DNA of 64,000 bases, taken from positions 90,534 through 154,533 of the forward strand of contig JAZQFC010000037.1 in NCBI GenBank assembly GCA_045539315.1, written 5' to 3'. How positions within the stretch are numbered: position 1 is the first letter of the stretch; every line of letters starts with the position of its first letter. A program made the translations under genes and the position numbers. The DNA is from Acutalibacteraceae bacterium. Lineage in GTDB: Bacteria > Bacillota > Clostridia > Oscillospirales > Acutalibacteraceae. Shown piece after piece: positions 9,306 through 18,615 of this stretch. The notes under the pieces were generated by a model, which was not told the origin of the DNA, did not search any database, and saw only the letters and a program-made list of their open reading frames with translations.

Positions 9306-10196
9306 ATGAATTCTCGTCAATTGCAATATGCTATTCTTTTATCTGAAATAGGCAGTTTTTCTTTAGTTGCAGAAAAACTTAATATAACTCAACCTGCACT
9401 TAGCAAACAAATATTAAGTTTAGAAAAAGAAATCGGAACTCCCCTTTTCAACAGAAACAACTCAAACACTACTCTAACCGCTGCCGGTGAGCATTTTATT
9501 AGACAAGCAAAAGAGATAGTTTACAAAGAAAAGCAACTGCTTCGCTCCATGGAGCAATTTAAAAGTGGCAGCTTTGGTAATCTCGTTATTGGAATGAGTT
9601 CTTTTAGAAGTTCATACCTTCTTCCGTCTGTTGTTAAAAAAGTTAGAGATAAATACCCTGGTATTCATGTTAAACTTCACGAAGCAAGTGTTGATACACT
9701 CAAAAAAGAGGCAACCGAAGGCAATTTTGATTTTGCTTTGGTTAATCTACCAGTTGATGATTCGCTTTTTGATGTTACACCAATAGAAAGTGATGATTTG
9801 GTGCTTGTTGTACATAATGACATCATAGAAAAAACACCATTAAAGGAAAAATTAGAAATCACTTTCGAAGAAACAAAAGATTTACCTTTTGTTGTTATTG
9901 GTCCTAATCAAGAAACTAGAAGACTATTTGAAAATCTTTGTGTTACAGCAGATATTTCTCCTAATATTGTAGCAGAAGTAGTAACATTAACAACTGCTTG
10001 GGAAATGGTATGCCATGGTGTTGGAGCCACACTTTTACCACTACAATTTATAAATAATAAGTCACTAAATGAAAATATTAAAACCATTAAAATCAAAAAT
10101 TCCGCACTATTAAGACAGCCGGCAATAATAACTATAAAAGGACAGTATATTTCCGAATGTGCAAAATATGCTATTGATTTACTAACAAACAAATAA
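9306..10196 (+). CDS. LysR-family transcriptional regulator
   Basis: 296 aa. N-terminal wHTH (FSLVAEKLNITQPALSKQILSLEKEIG) and a C-terminal substrate-binding domain. Divergent from the ATP-grasp operon. Confidence 0.9.
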   Translation: MNSRQLQYAILLSEIGSFSLVAEKLNITQPALSKQILSLEKEIGTPLFNRNNSNTTLTAAGEHFIRQAKEIVYKEKQLLRSMEQFKSGSFGNLVIGMSSFRSSYLLPSVVKKVRDKYPGIHVKLHEASVDTLKKEATEGNFDFALVNLPVDDSLFDVTPIESDDLVLVVHNDIIEKTPLKEKLEITFEETKDLPFVVIGPNQETRRLFENLCVTADISPNIVAEVVTLTTAWEMVCHGVGATLLPLQFINNKSLNENIKTIKIKNSALLRQPAIITIKGQYISECAKYAIDLLTNK

Positions 10197-10201
10197 TTTT
10201 T

Positions 10202-10234
10202 AAAAAACAGGAGTTTGAAAAAACTCCTGTTTTT
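10202..10234. terminator. Bidirectional terminator ending both the LysR gene and the polysaccharide operon
   Basis: Stem CAGGAGTTT (10208-10216) / AAACTCCTG (10221-10229), GAAA loop, flanking A-run and T-run. Confidence 0.8.
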
Positions 10235-10237
10235 CTT

Positions 10238-11467
10238 TTAATCTCTTGAGAACAGGTCTCTTGTATATACTTTTTCTTTTACATCTGAAAGTGAGTCATC
10301 ATTTCTATTTGCAACAATTACGCTACAACGAGATTTAAACTCATCTAAATCTCTTACAACTTCGCTGCCATAAAACTCACTATCTTTCAATGTTGGCTCA
10401 TAAACAAGAACTGTTACGCCCTTGGCATTAACTCGTTTCATAACACCTTGAATCGATGATTGACGGAAGTTGTCAGAGCCAGATTTCATAGTAAGTCTAT
10501 AAATACCAACTATATATTTAGAAGCATTTGCAAAATCAGACACGCCGTTTTCGTTATAGAAGCCGCATTTTCTTAAAATCTGGTCTGCGATAAAATCTTT
10601 ACGAGTGCGGTTAGACTCAACAATTGCGCCGATGATATTATTTGGAACATCTCTAAAGTTTGCAAGCAACTGTTTTGTATCTTTTGGCAAACAATAACCA
10701 CCATAACCAAACGATGGGTTGTTATAATGTGTACCTATTCTAGGGTCTAAACTCACGCCCTCGATAATCTGTTTTGTATCAAGACCACGAACTTCTGCAT
10801 AAGTATCAAGTTCATTAAAAAACGATACTCTAAGCGCTAAATATGTATTCGCAAAAAGTTTTATAGCCTCTGCTTCTGTTGTGTTTGTAATAAGAACATC
10901 TATATCTTGTTTTAAAGCGCCCTCTTTTAAAAGGTCTGCAAATTTTTCGGCAGCAGGCTTTAATTCAGGATAAATTTTTGGCACGCCAACAACTATTCTT
11001 GATGGGTTAAGGTTATCAAAAAGCGCCTTACCTTCACGTAAAAATTCAGGGCTGAAAAGTATATTCTTAATGCCATATTTTTCAATCATATCTTCAACAA
11101 AGCCAACAGGCACTGTTGATTTGATAACCAAAATAGCGCTTTCATTTACTTGCATAACTTTTTTGATAACATATTCAACAGAAGATGTATCAAAATAGTT
11201 TTTTTCAACATCATAGTTAGTTGGAGTTGAAACAATTATATATTCAGCGTCTTTATACGCTTTTTCATCATCAATTGTTGCTGTTAAATTAAGAGTTTTA
11301 GTAGCCAAATACTCTTCAATTTCTTTATCAATAATTGGTGATATTTTATTATTAATCATCTGGACCTTTTCAGGAATGATATCAACTGCCCAAACCTCGT
11401 GATTCTGCGCTAAAAGCACTGCATTTGAAAGGCCTACATATCCTGTTCCTGCAACTGCAATTTTCAT
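10238..11467 (-). CDS. ugd: UDP-glucose 6-dehydrogenase
   Basis: 409 aa with GTGYVGLS Rossmann motif and [12 protein letters not shown] catalytic-Cys motif. ATGA overlap with the upstream VanZ-like gene. Confidence 0.92.
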   Translation of the reverse strand: MKIAVAGTGYVGLSNAVLLAQNHEVWAVDIIPEKVQMINNKISPIIDKEIEEYLATKTLNLTATIDDEKAYKDAEYIIVSTPTNYDVEKNYFDTSSVEYVIKKVMQVNESAILVIKSTVPVGFVEDMIEKYGIKNILFSPEFLREGKALFDNLNPSRIVVGVPKIYPELKPAAEKFADLLKEGALKQDIDVLITNTTEAEAIKLFANTYLALRVSFFNELDTYAEVRGLDTKQIIEGVSLDPRIGTHYNNPSFGYGGYCLPKDTKQLLANFRDVPNNIIGAIVESNRTRKDFIADQILRKCGFYNENGVSDFANASKYIVGIYRLTMKSGSDNFRQSSIQGVMKRVNAKGVTVLVYEPTLKDSEFYGSEVVRDLDEFKSRCSVIVANRNDDSLSDVKEKVYTRDLFSRD

Positions 11468-11964
11468 AATTTCTTCTCCTTTGCTTTTTGATGTTTATAG
11501 TATTTGATTGCTAAATATACTAAAACACCTACAACGCCTCCAAACAAATCAAGCCAAATATCTGAAACCAATGACTGTCTGTTTGATATTAACTGAATTG
11601 TTTCATCAACAAGTGCTATTGATAAAACAATATAAATCGAATTTATAAGTCTATATACATTTCTTTTTTTAAACAAATAATACTTGGAAACTATTATGCC
11701 AAATACCATATATTCAACAAAATGGGTGAATTTCCTAATTTTATGTATCAAGAAAACATCAAGCCACTTAATCTTACCATACGGAATAAATAACTGCACA
11801 ACTCTTCTAGGTAAATGAGAAAGCCATTGAGATATTCTACCATTCAGCATTGAATTTATCAAAATAAAACCCAAAACTGCGCCAATAACAATATACTTCT
11901 TTTGTTTAGGCGTTAAATTTTTTAAAAAAAGTTTTATTCTTTCAAAAATTTCTTTAAATTTCAT
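11464..11964 (-). CDS. VanZ-like membrane protein
   Basis: Internal ATG (MKFKEIF...) chosen, giving about 166 aa with 4-5 TM helices and VanZ-like hydrophobic blocks. Overlaps the epimerase stop by 11 nt and the ugd start by 4 nt. Confidence 0.65.
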   Translation of the reverse strand: MKFKEIFERIKLFLKNLTPKQKKYIVIGAVLGFILINSMLNGRISQWLSHLPRRVVQLFIPYGKIKWLDVFLIHKIRKFTHFVEYMVFGIIVSKYYLFKKRNVYRLINSIYIVLSIALVDETIQLISNRQSLVSDIWLDLFGGVVGVLVYLAIKYYKHQKAKEKKL

Positions 11965-12997
11965 AATATTCTTTATACCACTCGGCGAATTTTCTAAGTC
12001 CATCACGAAGCGATGTTGATGGTTTAAAACCAAAATCGCGTTCTAACGCAGATGTATCTGCGAATGTTACAGGCACATCGCCCGGTTGCATAGGAACTAA
12101 CTCCTTATGCGCCTCAAAATCATAATCTTTTGGCAAAACTTCTGCTCTAATTAACTCTTGTTGCAATATATCAACAAAATCAAGAAGGTTTTCAGGATTA
12201 TTGTTACCGATATTATAAACCTTGTATGGTGGAATTGGCAAACCATCTTCACCGTTTTTCTTTTCAGGCGCTTTGAACATAACACGTTTTACGCCTTCAA
12301 CAATATCATCAACATATGTAAAATCACGTTTGCAGTTACCAAAGTTAAAAATCTTTATAGTTTCGCCTTTAAGTAGTTTGTTTGTAAAGCCGAAATAAGC
12401 CATATCAGGACGACCTGCAGGACCGTAAACTGTAAAAAATCTAAGACCTGTTGATGGAATGTTGTAAAGTTTTGAATAAGCGTGAGCCATCAATTCATTG
12501 CTCTTTTTAGTAGCCGCATAAAGTGATACAGGGTTGTCCACTTTGTCGTCCGTACTATATGGCACCTTTTTATTTGATCCATAAACACTTGAAGACGAAG
12601 CATAAACCAAATGTTCAACCGGGTTATTTCTACACGCTTCTAAAATATTATAAAAACCGATAAGGTTTGATTCAATATAAACATCAGGATTTTCAATAGA
12701 ATATCTTACACCCGCTTGCGCTGCAAGGTTTACAACGATATCAGGCTTATGCTCGGCAAAAATGCTATCAATAAGCTCTTTATCTGCGATACTGCCTCTA
12801 ACAAATTCCCATTTATCTTGAGTTTTACAAGCCAATTCTTCAATTTTTTCAAGACGGTGTTCTTTTAATGAAACATCATAATAATCATTCATATTATCAA
12901 TGCCGATAATATCAAAAGTTTCATCAGAACGAAGCAGTTCAAGCACTAAATTAGCGCCGATAAAACCAGCCGCTCCTGTAACAAATATCTTTTTCAT
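11954..12997 (-). CDS. NAD-dependent UDP-glucuronate 4-epimerase (SDR)
   Basis: 347 aa with GAAGFIGANL and YAATKKSNE (YxxxK). Overall resemblance to the Cap1J/LpsL-type UDP-GlcA epimerases, and it is adjacent to ugd. Confidence 0.8.
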   Translation of the reverse strand: MKKIFVTGAAGFIGANLVLELLRSDETFDIIGIDNMNDYYDVSLKEHRLEKIEELACKTQDKWEFVRGSIADKELIDSIFAEHKPDIVVNLAAQAGVRYSIENPDVYIESNLIGFYNILEACRNNPVEHLVYASSSSVYGSNKKVPYSTDDKVDNPVSLYAATKKSNELMAHAYSKLYNIPSTGLRFFTVYGPAGRPDMAYFGFTNKLLKGETIKIFNFGNCKRDFTYVDDIVEGVKRVMFKAPEKKNGEDGLPIPPYKVYNIGNNNPENLLDFVDILQQELIRAEVLPKDYDFEAHKELVPMQPGDVPVTFADTSALERDFGFKPSTSLRDGLRKFAEWYKEYYEI

Positions 12998-13000
12998 AAA

Positions 13001-13090
13001 CTAATCTCCTAATATATTGTCGCAGATTTTGTCAACCCCATCTACCGAAAGTCTAACTTATATCGGTACTGTAAGGACTTCTAATTTCAT
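13001..13090 (-). pseudogene. Decayed 3-prime remnant of a DegT-family aminotransferase gene
   Basis: Minus-strand translation ..KLEVLTVPI*VRLSVDGVDKICDNILGD* aligns with the C-terminus of the intact DegT (..KKVLTLPMYAGLSTEEVDKICDIILGE*). By hand count, 54 of 78 nt match, including a 19-nt identical run. It has an in-frame stop and no upstream body. Confidence 0.7.
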
Positions 13091-13101
13091 ATTAATAATA
13101 T

Positions 13102-13635
13102 TTAAATATTATTTTTTCTACAATACTCTTTTTTTTCGTCATACGACATCTCTACCGTAAAATGCACATCGTCTTTTACTTTTTCATACCAGCTTTCAAC
13201 ATCGCCAATAATTCTTGCAGGCACTCCTCCTACTATAGAATTATCTGGCACATCTTTTGTAACAACAGCACCTGCACCAACTATGCAATTGTTTCCAATG
13301 GTTACATTTCTCAAAATAATACTATTTGCTCCAATAAAACAATTATTTCCTATTTTAATTCTCCCTAGCAAATCTGCTTTTTTACCATCAAATTTACCAA
13401 GTCCATTTACCACCTTAATGGAGCCATCATGAGTAAAAAACGATACATTTGACGAAATCAAACAATCTTCACCTATTTCAACTAAATACGGTTCTGAACC
13501 TAAACAATCAACACCTGACAATATTGTTACCTTATTTCCAATTATAGCGCCTTTTTTTCTAAGATACTCTACTTTTTTTGAATTATTTGTAGAAATTAGA
13601 ATTTTATAAAATACATTAAAAAGCTTTCTTATCAT
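13102..13635 (-). CDS. Hexapeptide-repeat (left-handed beta-helix) acetyltransferase
   Basis: 177 aa with repeated [LIV]G-x4 hexapeptides ([36 protein letters not shown]). It is flanked by the only two gaps over 100 nt in the locus. Confidence 0.85.
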   Translation of the reverse strand: MIRKLFNVFYKILISTNNSKKVEYLRKKGAIIGNKVTILSGVDCLGSEPYLVEIGEDCLISSNVSFFTHDGSIKVVNGLGKFDGKKADLLGRIKIGNNCFIGANSIILRNVTIGNNCIVGAGAVVTKDVPDNSIVGGVPARIIGDVESWYEKVKDDVHFTVEMSYDEKKEYCRKNNI

Positions 13636-13741
13636 AACTCTCTACCGCCTTCTTAGAATAAATAAGATTTAATCTATCAACTAATTAACTAATAATTTTT
13701 TGAACTTAATGCAATCTTTAACTTCATGCTTGAATTTCTTA

Positions 13742-14824
13742 TTACTCTCCCAAAATAATGTCGCAGATTTTGTCAACTTCTTCTGTTGAAAGACCTGCAT
13801 ACATAGGCAAAGTTAAAACTTTTTTAGAAACATCTAATGCAACCGGAGTTTTAGTTGCATCAAAGTCATAACACTCAAAATCATTTGTAAGTGGATAAAA
13901 ATATTTCCTTGCGATTATATCATTTTCGCGCAAACGAGCATCAACTTCATCACGAGTATATTTATACCCATCAAACACAACAGGGAAATACGCATAGTTT
14001 GGTTTTATGCCATCTTGAACTTTTAAAAGTTTGATACCTTCTACATTTGATAAGCGCTCAACATAAGTTTCATAAACTGCTTTTCTTTTTGCAATTTCTT
14101 CATCAATATGACGAAGATTGCAAATTCCCATAGCAGCGGCAAACTCATTCATTTTTGCATTACCACCAATAGCGGTAACGCGTTCAGCATTTTTAATGCC
14201 GAAGTTTTTAAGATTATTAAGTTTTGCTTTCAAAGTTTCATCTTTATATGTAACCGCGCCGCCTTCAATAGTATTAAACACTTTTGTTGCATGAAAACTG
14301 AACATTGAAGCATCACCTAACGAGCCAACGCCTTGTCCATCAATTTCCACACCAAATGCGTGAGCAGCATCATAAATAACTTTAAGATTATGCTTTTTAG
14401 CAATTCTGTCAATCTCTTTATAATCGCAGATATTACCATAAACATGCACAGGAATAATAGCAGTTGTTTTGTCTGTAATTAAACTCTCAATTTTTGATGG
14501 ATCAATAGTATAATCATCTGGGTTTATATCACAAAAAATAGGTGTTAAACCGTTTCTTACAATTGCGTGAGTAGTAGATGCAAATGTAAACGGAGTAGTA
14601 ATAACTTCACCCGCAAGCCCCATAGCCGCTATAACCATTTCAAGCGCTAAATGACCATTTACAAAAAGAGTTGTGTTATCAACTTTTAAATAATCACACA
14701 ATTCACTCTCTAACTGTCTGTGTTTAACACCATTATTAGTAAGCCATCTAGACTCCCAAATGTCTTTAATTTCTTCGCAATACTCGGCAAAATCCGGCAT
14801 AGAAGAACGAGTTACATTAATCAT
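13742..14824 (-). CDS. DegT/DnrJ/EryC1/StrS family sugar aminotransferase
   Basis: 360 aa from the ATG at 14824 (MINVTRS..), which has an AAAGGA RBS. The track ORF starts at a TTG at 14842 that lacks an RBS. PLP-lysine region SFHATKVFNTIEGG. Confidence 0.87.
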   Translation of the reverse strand: MINVTRSSMPDFAEYCEEIKDIWESRWLTNNGVKHRQLESELCDYLKVDNTTLFVNGHLALEMVIAAMGLAGEVITTPFTFASTTHAIVRNGLTPIFCDINPDDYTIDPSKIESLITDKTTAIIPVHVYGNICDYKEIDRIAKKHNLKVIYDAAHAFGVEIDGQGVGSLGDASMFSFHATKVFNTIEGGAVTYKDETLKAKLNNLKNFGIKNAERVTAIGGNAKMNEFAAAMGICNLRHIDEEIAKRKAVYETYVERLSNVEGIKLLKVQDGIKPNYAYFPVVFDGYKYTRDEVDARLRENDIIARKYFYPLTNDFECYDFDATKTPVALDVSKKVLTLPMYAGLSTEEVDKICDIILGE

Positions 14825-14855
14825 TTTAAAAAATCCTTTCAAAGATAAGGTTTGC

Positions 14856-15764
14856 TTATCTGTTTTGTTTTAAATATTCTTTGTATGGCATATCAGGGTC
14901 AAATCTTGCGCCACTATGCCAATTTCCACGCTCTTCTTGTGGTGGCAAAGTATTATAATCGCCATACATTACAGTTAAAACCCTATCAAACCCTATTGGA
15001 ATTGGAAATTCAAAGCCTTCAAATTTCCACATTAATTTATCACTGAAATCACACTTTTCAAAAATATTATTTTCTAAAGGATACAAAGTGAGTGGCGCTA
15101 CTGTTACTTTATCGGTATCGACATCTTCAAATTGAGAAGACAGTCTTTCCACCTCTTTAAAAATCTCATCAGGAGTCTTGCCTGAATAATTTTTAACCCT
15201 TTTTTTATTCTTCTCATCTAAATTAGGGTTTTTCATTCTCATATAAGTAGAAGAATCAATATTCAATGCGTTTATCTTTTGATAACGCTCTTTAGCGCCT
15301 TCTTCTATAAAATTATCAAGCGGTAAAATATCAATATGAATACCAAAATTCATATCTTGATATTTAAACATTTCATTAACACAAGTTGTATTTGAATTCT
15401 TTAACTTTGCCATTGAAAAACCTGACTCTTTATCAGTAAGTGGTGTTTGCAAAAAATAAGGTTCTTCTATCGTTTTAGCCAAAGACAAAAACTTGTTATA
15501 GTCTTTTCTTGGCATTAAAACATCAATATCATCATCCCAAGGAACAAATCCATGATGTCTAACAGCGCCCAAAAGAGTGCCATGCATTAGAAAATATGTT
15601 AAATTATATTTTTTACAAAGTTCATCAAATTCGAGTAATAAATCCAGTTCAATAGCCCAGATTTTTTTGCGAGTTTCATCAACTAAAAAGCCTTCTTGCA
15701 CTTCGCTTTTTAAAAAATCTTTATTTATTACACCTTTTTCTAAAATTCTTTGATACTCTTTCAT
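14856..15764 (-). CDS. LicD-family phosphotransferase
   Basis: 302 aa with LMHGTLLGAVRHHGFVPWDDDIDVLMPRKDY, typical of LicD (phosphocholine or other phospho-alcohol transfer to glycans). Confidence 0.82.
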   Translation of the reverse strand: MKEYQRILEKGVINKDFLKSEVQEGFLVDETRKKIWAIELDLLLEFDELCKKYNLTYFLMHGTLLGAVRHHGFVPWDDDIDVLMPRKDYNKFLSLAKTIEEPYFLQTPLTDKESGFSMAKLKNSNTTCVNEMFKYQDMNFGIHIDILPLDNFIEEGAKERYQKINALNIDSSTYMRMKNPNLDEKNKKRVKNYSGKTPDEIFKEVERLSSQFEDVDTDKVTVAPLTLYPLENNIFEKCDFSDKLMWKFEGFEFPIPIGFDRVLTVMYGDYNTLPPQEERGNWHSGARFDPDMPYKEYLKQNR

Positions 15765-15765
15765 C

Positions 15766-16206
15766 TTAGTCCTTTAAATCTTTTATCATATAAATGCTTT
15801 TTCTATCAGTATCAGACTCATAAACAAAGCCAATACTCTCATTTAATTTTATTGCAACAGGGTTATCGCAATCAACTTCTAAACGTGCGGTTTTCATACC
15901 GTCTTTTTTCATTTGCTTAAATCCAAAATTATATAACGCTTTGCCAAGACCTTTTCCTTGAAATTCGTGTTTTGTTGCCAAAAGTGTAAAATAGCCACAT
16001 TTTGTTTCAAAATCATTTGAATAAAATACCACAAAAGACGCATTCACACCATCTTCTTTTGCTGCTACTACCCATGAAAAATTTGAAAGTTTTTCTGAAA
16101 AGCCCAACAGGTCACTCTGCTTTTCTTTCAAGTGTGGCAAAAGTGGTAAAAATTCAGTTATTAAATTATAAATATCTTCTGCCTTTGTAATTCTTACAAG
16201 CTCCAT
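15766..16206 (-). CDS. GNAT-family N-acetyltransferase
   Basis: 146 aa. Acetyl-CoA binding motif FQGKGLGKALY. TAATG overlap with the upstream ATP-grasp gene. Confidence 0.8.
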   Translation of the reverse strand: MELVRITKAEDIYNLITEFLPLLPHLKEKQSDLLGFSEKLSNFSWVVAAKEDGVNASFVVFYSNDFETKCGYFTLLATKHEFQGKGLGKALYNFGFKQMKKDGMKTARLEVDCDNPVAIKLNESIGFVYESDTDRKSIYMIKDLKD

Positions 16207-17411
16207 TACTTAACTACTACCTTATAATAATCCTTAATATTATCAACAATTTTAAGCATTTCATCTGTCGTTTCGGCTTTAAAAATAATCGTTCCTAATG
16301 AATGTGTAGTATTTTTATATGCATAAACTTTATCGCCTTTTTTATGAGTACAATACACATCAATTAAATTATTCTTTTTAAAGTCTTCATTAAACCAAAG
16401 TTCTTCAAACTCACCATCGACTTCGCTTAAAATCATATAATTACTATAGCAACCATTTGTTTTTGCCATTTCAAGACCTGAACAATCTTCACCTACTGCA
16501 GCGCGAAGAGTGTACTCTATCATATCAACACCGGTTGCATATTTTATAAGTTGTGGAATATAACTGCCACCATTTCTAGGACCTAATTCCAATATGTAAA
16601 CATCATCATTTTCATCAATGATAACTTCTATATTATAAGCACAAGTTTTCATTCCTAGTGCTGTTATAAGTCTTTGAATCTCGCCATCAACCTTTTGCTT
16701 TTGCTCATCGGTTAAAAATGATGGCCAAAATTCACCTAGCGCCACATAATCACGAGTGCCAATAGAACTCTTGTTATATAACTCATTACCATAACTTGTG
16801 AAAACTAGCTTACCATCAACTGAAAAACCATCACCAGAAACCTGATAACCTTTTTTAACAATAAAACCTTCAATGATAAATCTGCCGTTTCTTGAATACG
16901 AAAGCGCTTCTTTAACTGCTTTTTTAAGCTCAGACTTATCAAAAATTTTGACAACGCCTTTACTACCAGATGAGTCAACTGGCTTTACCATAACAGGAAA
17001 ATGAAATTTATCTATTTCTTGCATTGCTTTTTCATAAGAACTATATCCTCTTGCTCTTGGAGTATGAAATCCGTTTTTAGCTAAAAATTCTCTAAACAAA
17101 TCTTTTTGAGTTAAAATTTTAACCGATTCAAACGGATTGCCAGGTAAATTAAGCTCTTGTGCAACATAAGCCGCTGTTGGTGCGGCAGGGTCAGAAGCAT
17201 AAGCAACAATACCATCTATTTCACATTTTTTTGCAAGTTCTAACACACCATCTAAATCGGTGGTGCTTACATTATAATATTCATCTGCGAACTTATGCCC
17301 TGGATTTTCTTCCAAATAATCACAGGTTATTACGTAATAACCCATATCTTTTGCTTGTTTAATAGCAGGGATTTGTTGCATGGTTCCGCCTAAAAATAAT
17401 AACTTTTTCAC
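16206..17411 (-). CDS. ATP-grasp domain carboxylate-amine ligase
   Basis: 401 aa with KKLLFLGGTMQQIPAIKQAKDMG, FPVMVKPVDSSGSKGV and FIIEGFI. Paralogous to 7834-9138. Confidence 0.82.
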   Translation of the reverse strand: MKKLLFLGGTMQQIPAIKQAKDMGYYVITCDYLEENPGHKFADEYYNVSTTDLDGVLELAKKCEIDGIVAYASDPAAPTAAYVAQELNLPGNPFESVKILTQKDLFREFLAKNGFHTPRARGYSSYEKAMQEIDKFHFPVMVKPVDSSGSKGVVKIFDKSELKKAVKEALSYSRNGRFIIEGFIVKKGYQVSGDGFSVDGKLVFTSYGNELYNKSSIGTRDYVALGEFWPSFLTDEQKQKVDGEIQRLITALGMKTCAYNIEVIIDENDDVYILELGPRNGGSYIPQLIKYATGVDMIEYTLRAAVGEDCSGLEMAKTNGCYSNYMILSEVDGEFEELWFNEDFKKNNLIDVYCTHKKGDKVYAYKNTTHSLGTIIFKAETTDEMLKIVDNIKDYYKVVVK

Positions 17412-17423
17412 TAAAACATTTCC

Positions 17424-18593
17424 TTATTTTTTATTCTTAATATCATTAACAAAACGAGATATTTTTTCAACTGCAAGTTGAAGTTTATCTAACTCTAATG
17501 TAAAAGCAATTCTTACAAAGTCATCATAATTATCGCCATAAGTTACTCCGGGAGCAACAGCGATATGTTGTTCTTTTAATAACTTTTCAGTAAACTCTAT
17601 CGATTTTATTCCGGTCTTTTCTATATTAACAAACAAATAGAATGTTCCTTCAGGGGTTTTACAAGAAAGACCATCAATCAAATTAATTGCTTTAGTTATG
17701 TAATCTCTTCGCTCTTGGAAGGTTTTTAACATTGACTTATCATCAATACATTTTTCATACGCCACAGTACCGGCATATTGTGATGGAAGAGGAGTACAAG
17801 CAGCAATGTTTTCCTGAAGTTTTGTCATAGTATCGATAAGTTGTTCAGGTGCCACCGCATAGCCTACTCTATACCCCGTCATTGAAAAGCGTTTAGAAAG
17901 ACTATCAATCAAAACTGTACGCTCTCGCATACCCTCACGAGTAAAAATACTGCTATGATTTTTGTTATCATAAATAAGATAACTATAAACTTCATCAGAA
18001 ATTACAACCAAATCATTTTGAATAGCAATTTCAGAAATTTCATCCAAAATATCATCGCCAAAAGCAGTACCGGTAGGGTTACAAGGTGAATTTAAAATAA
18101 TCGCAACTGTCTTTTTTGTTATAGCATTTTCAATTTGCTCTTTTGTTGGAATAAAACCGTTTTTCTCATTAGAATTTACTACAACAGGAATACCACCTGC
18201 CATTTTTATCATTTGAATATAATTAACATAATAAGGCGCTAAAACTATTACTTCATCGCCTTCATCAATAAGACTGGCAAGTGAAATATATAGCGCTCCC
18301 ATACCACCTACAGAAACCATTATCTCTGTTTCGGGGTCAACGCATATGTTATACTCATTTTTTATATGTTTTGCTAAAACTTTTCTCAACTCTATAATAC
18401 CTGCATTAGCAGAATAGTGAGTGCTGCCACTCATTATTGCATCACAAGCGGCTTGTCTAATTTCAAGATTTGGCACAACATCGGGGTCGCCAAGTGTTAA
18501 GTCTATAACATCATCATAATTTTTTGCAATGTTAAAAAACTGTCTTGTCAAAGATGTTTCAACTTGACTTGCTTTTTTAGAAATTTTCATCAA
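17424..18593 (-). CDS. Class I/II PLP-dependent aminotransferase (aspartate-aminotransferase fold)
   Basis: 389 aa. SLSKRFSMTGYRVGY (PLP lysine) and NSPCNPTG motifs. Confidence 0.87.
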   Translation of the reverse strand: MMKISKKASQVETSLTRQFFNIAKNYDDVIDLTLGDPDVVPNLEIRQAACDAIMSGSTHYSANAGIIELRKVLAKHIKNEYNICVDPETEIMVSVGGMGALYISLASLIDEGDEVIVLAPYYVNYIQMIKMAGGIPVVVNSNEKNGFIPTKEQIENAITKKTVAIILNSPCNPTGTAFGDDILDEISEIAIQNDLVVISDEVYSYLIYDNKNHSSIFTREGMRERTVLIDSLSKRFSMTGYRVGYAVAPEQLIDTMTKLQENIAACTPLPSQYAGTVAYEKCIDDKSMLKTFQERRDYITKAINLIDGLSCKTPEGTFYLFVNIEKTGIKSIEFTEKLLKEQHIAVAPGVTYGDNYDDFVRIAFTLELDKLQLAVEKISRFVNDIKNKK

Positions 18594-18615
18594 TTCGACC
18601 CCCTTTTTTAATAAT

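Noticed and set aside
14842-14866. Hairpin AGATAAG/CTTATCT spanning the LicD stop codon.
   Set aside because: It has only a short 7-bp AT-rich stem and no clean T-run in the transcribed direction. It lies inside a tightly coupled operon, so it is probably not a terminator.
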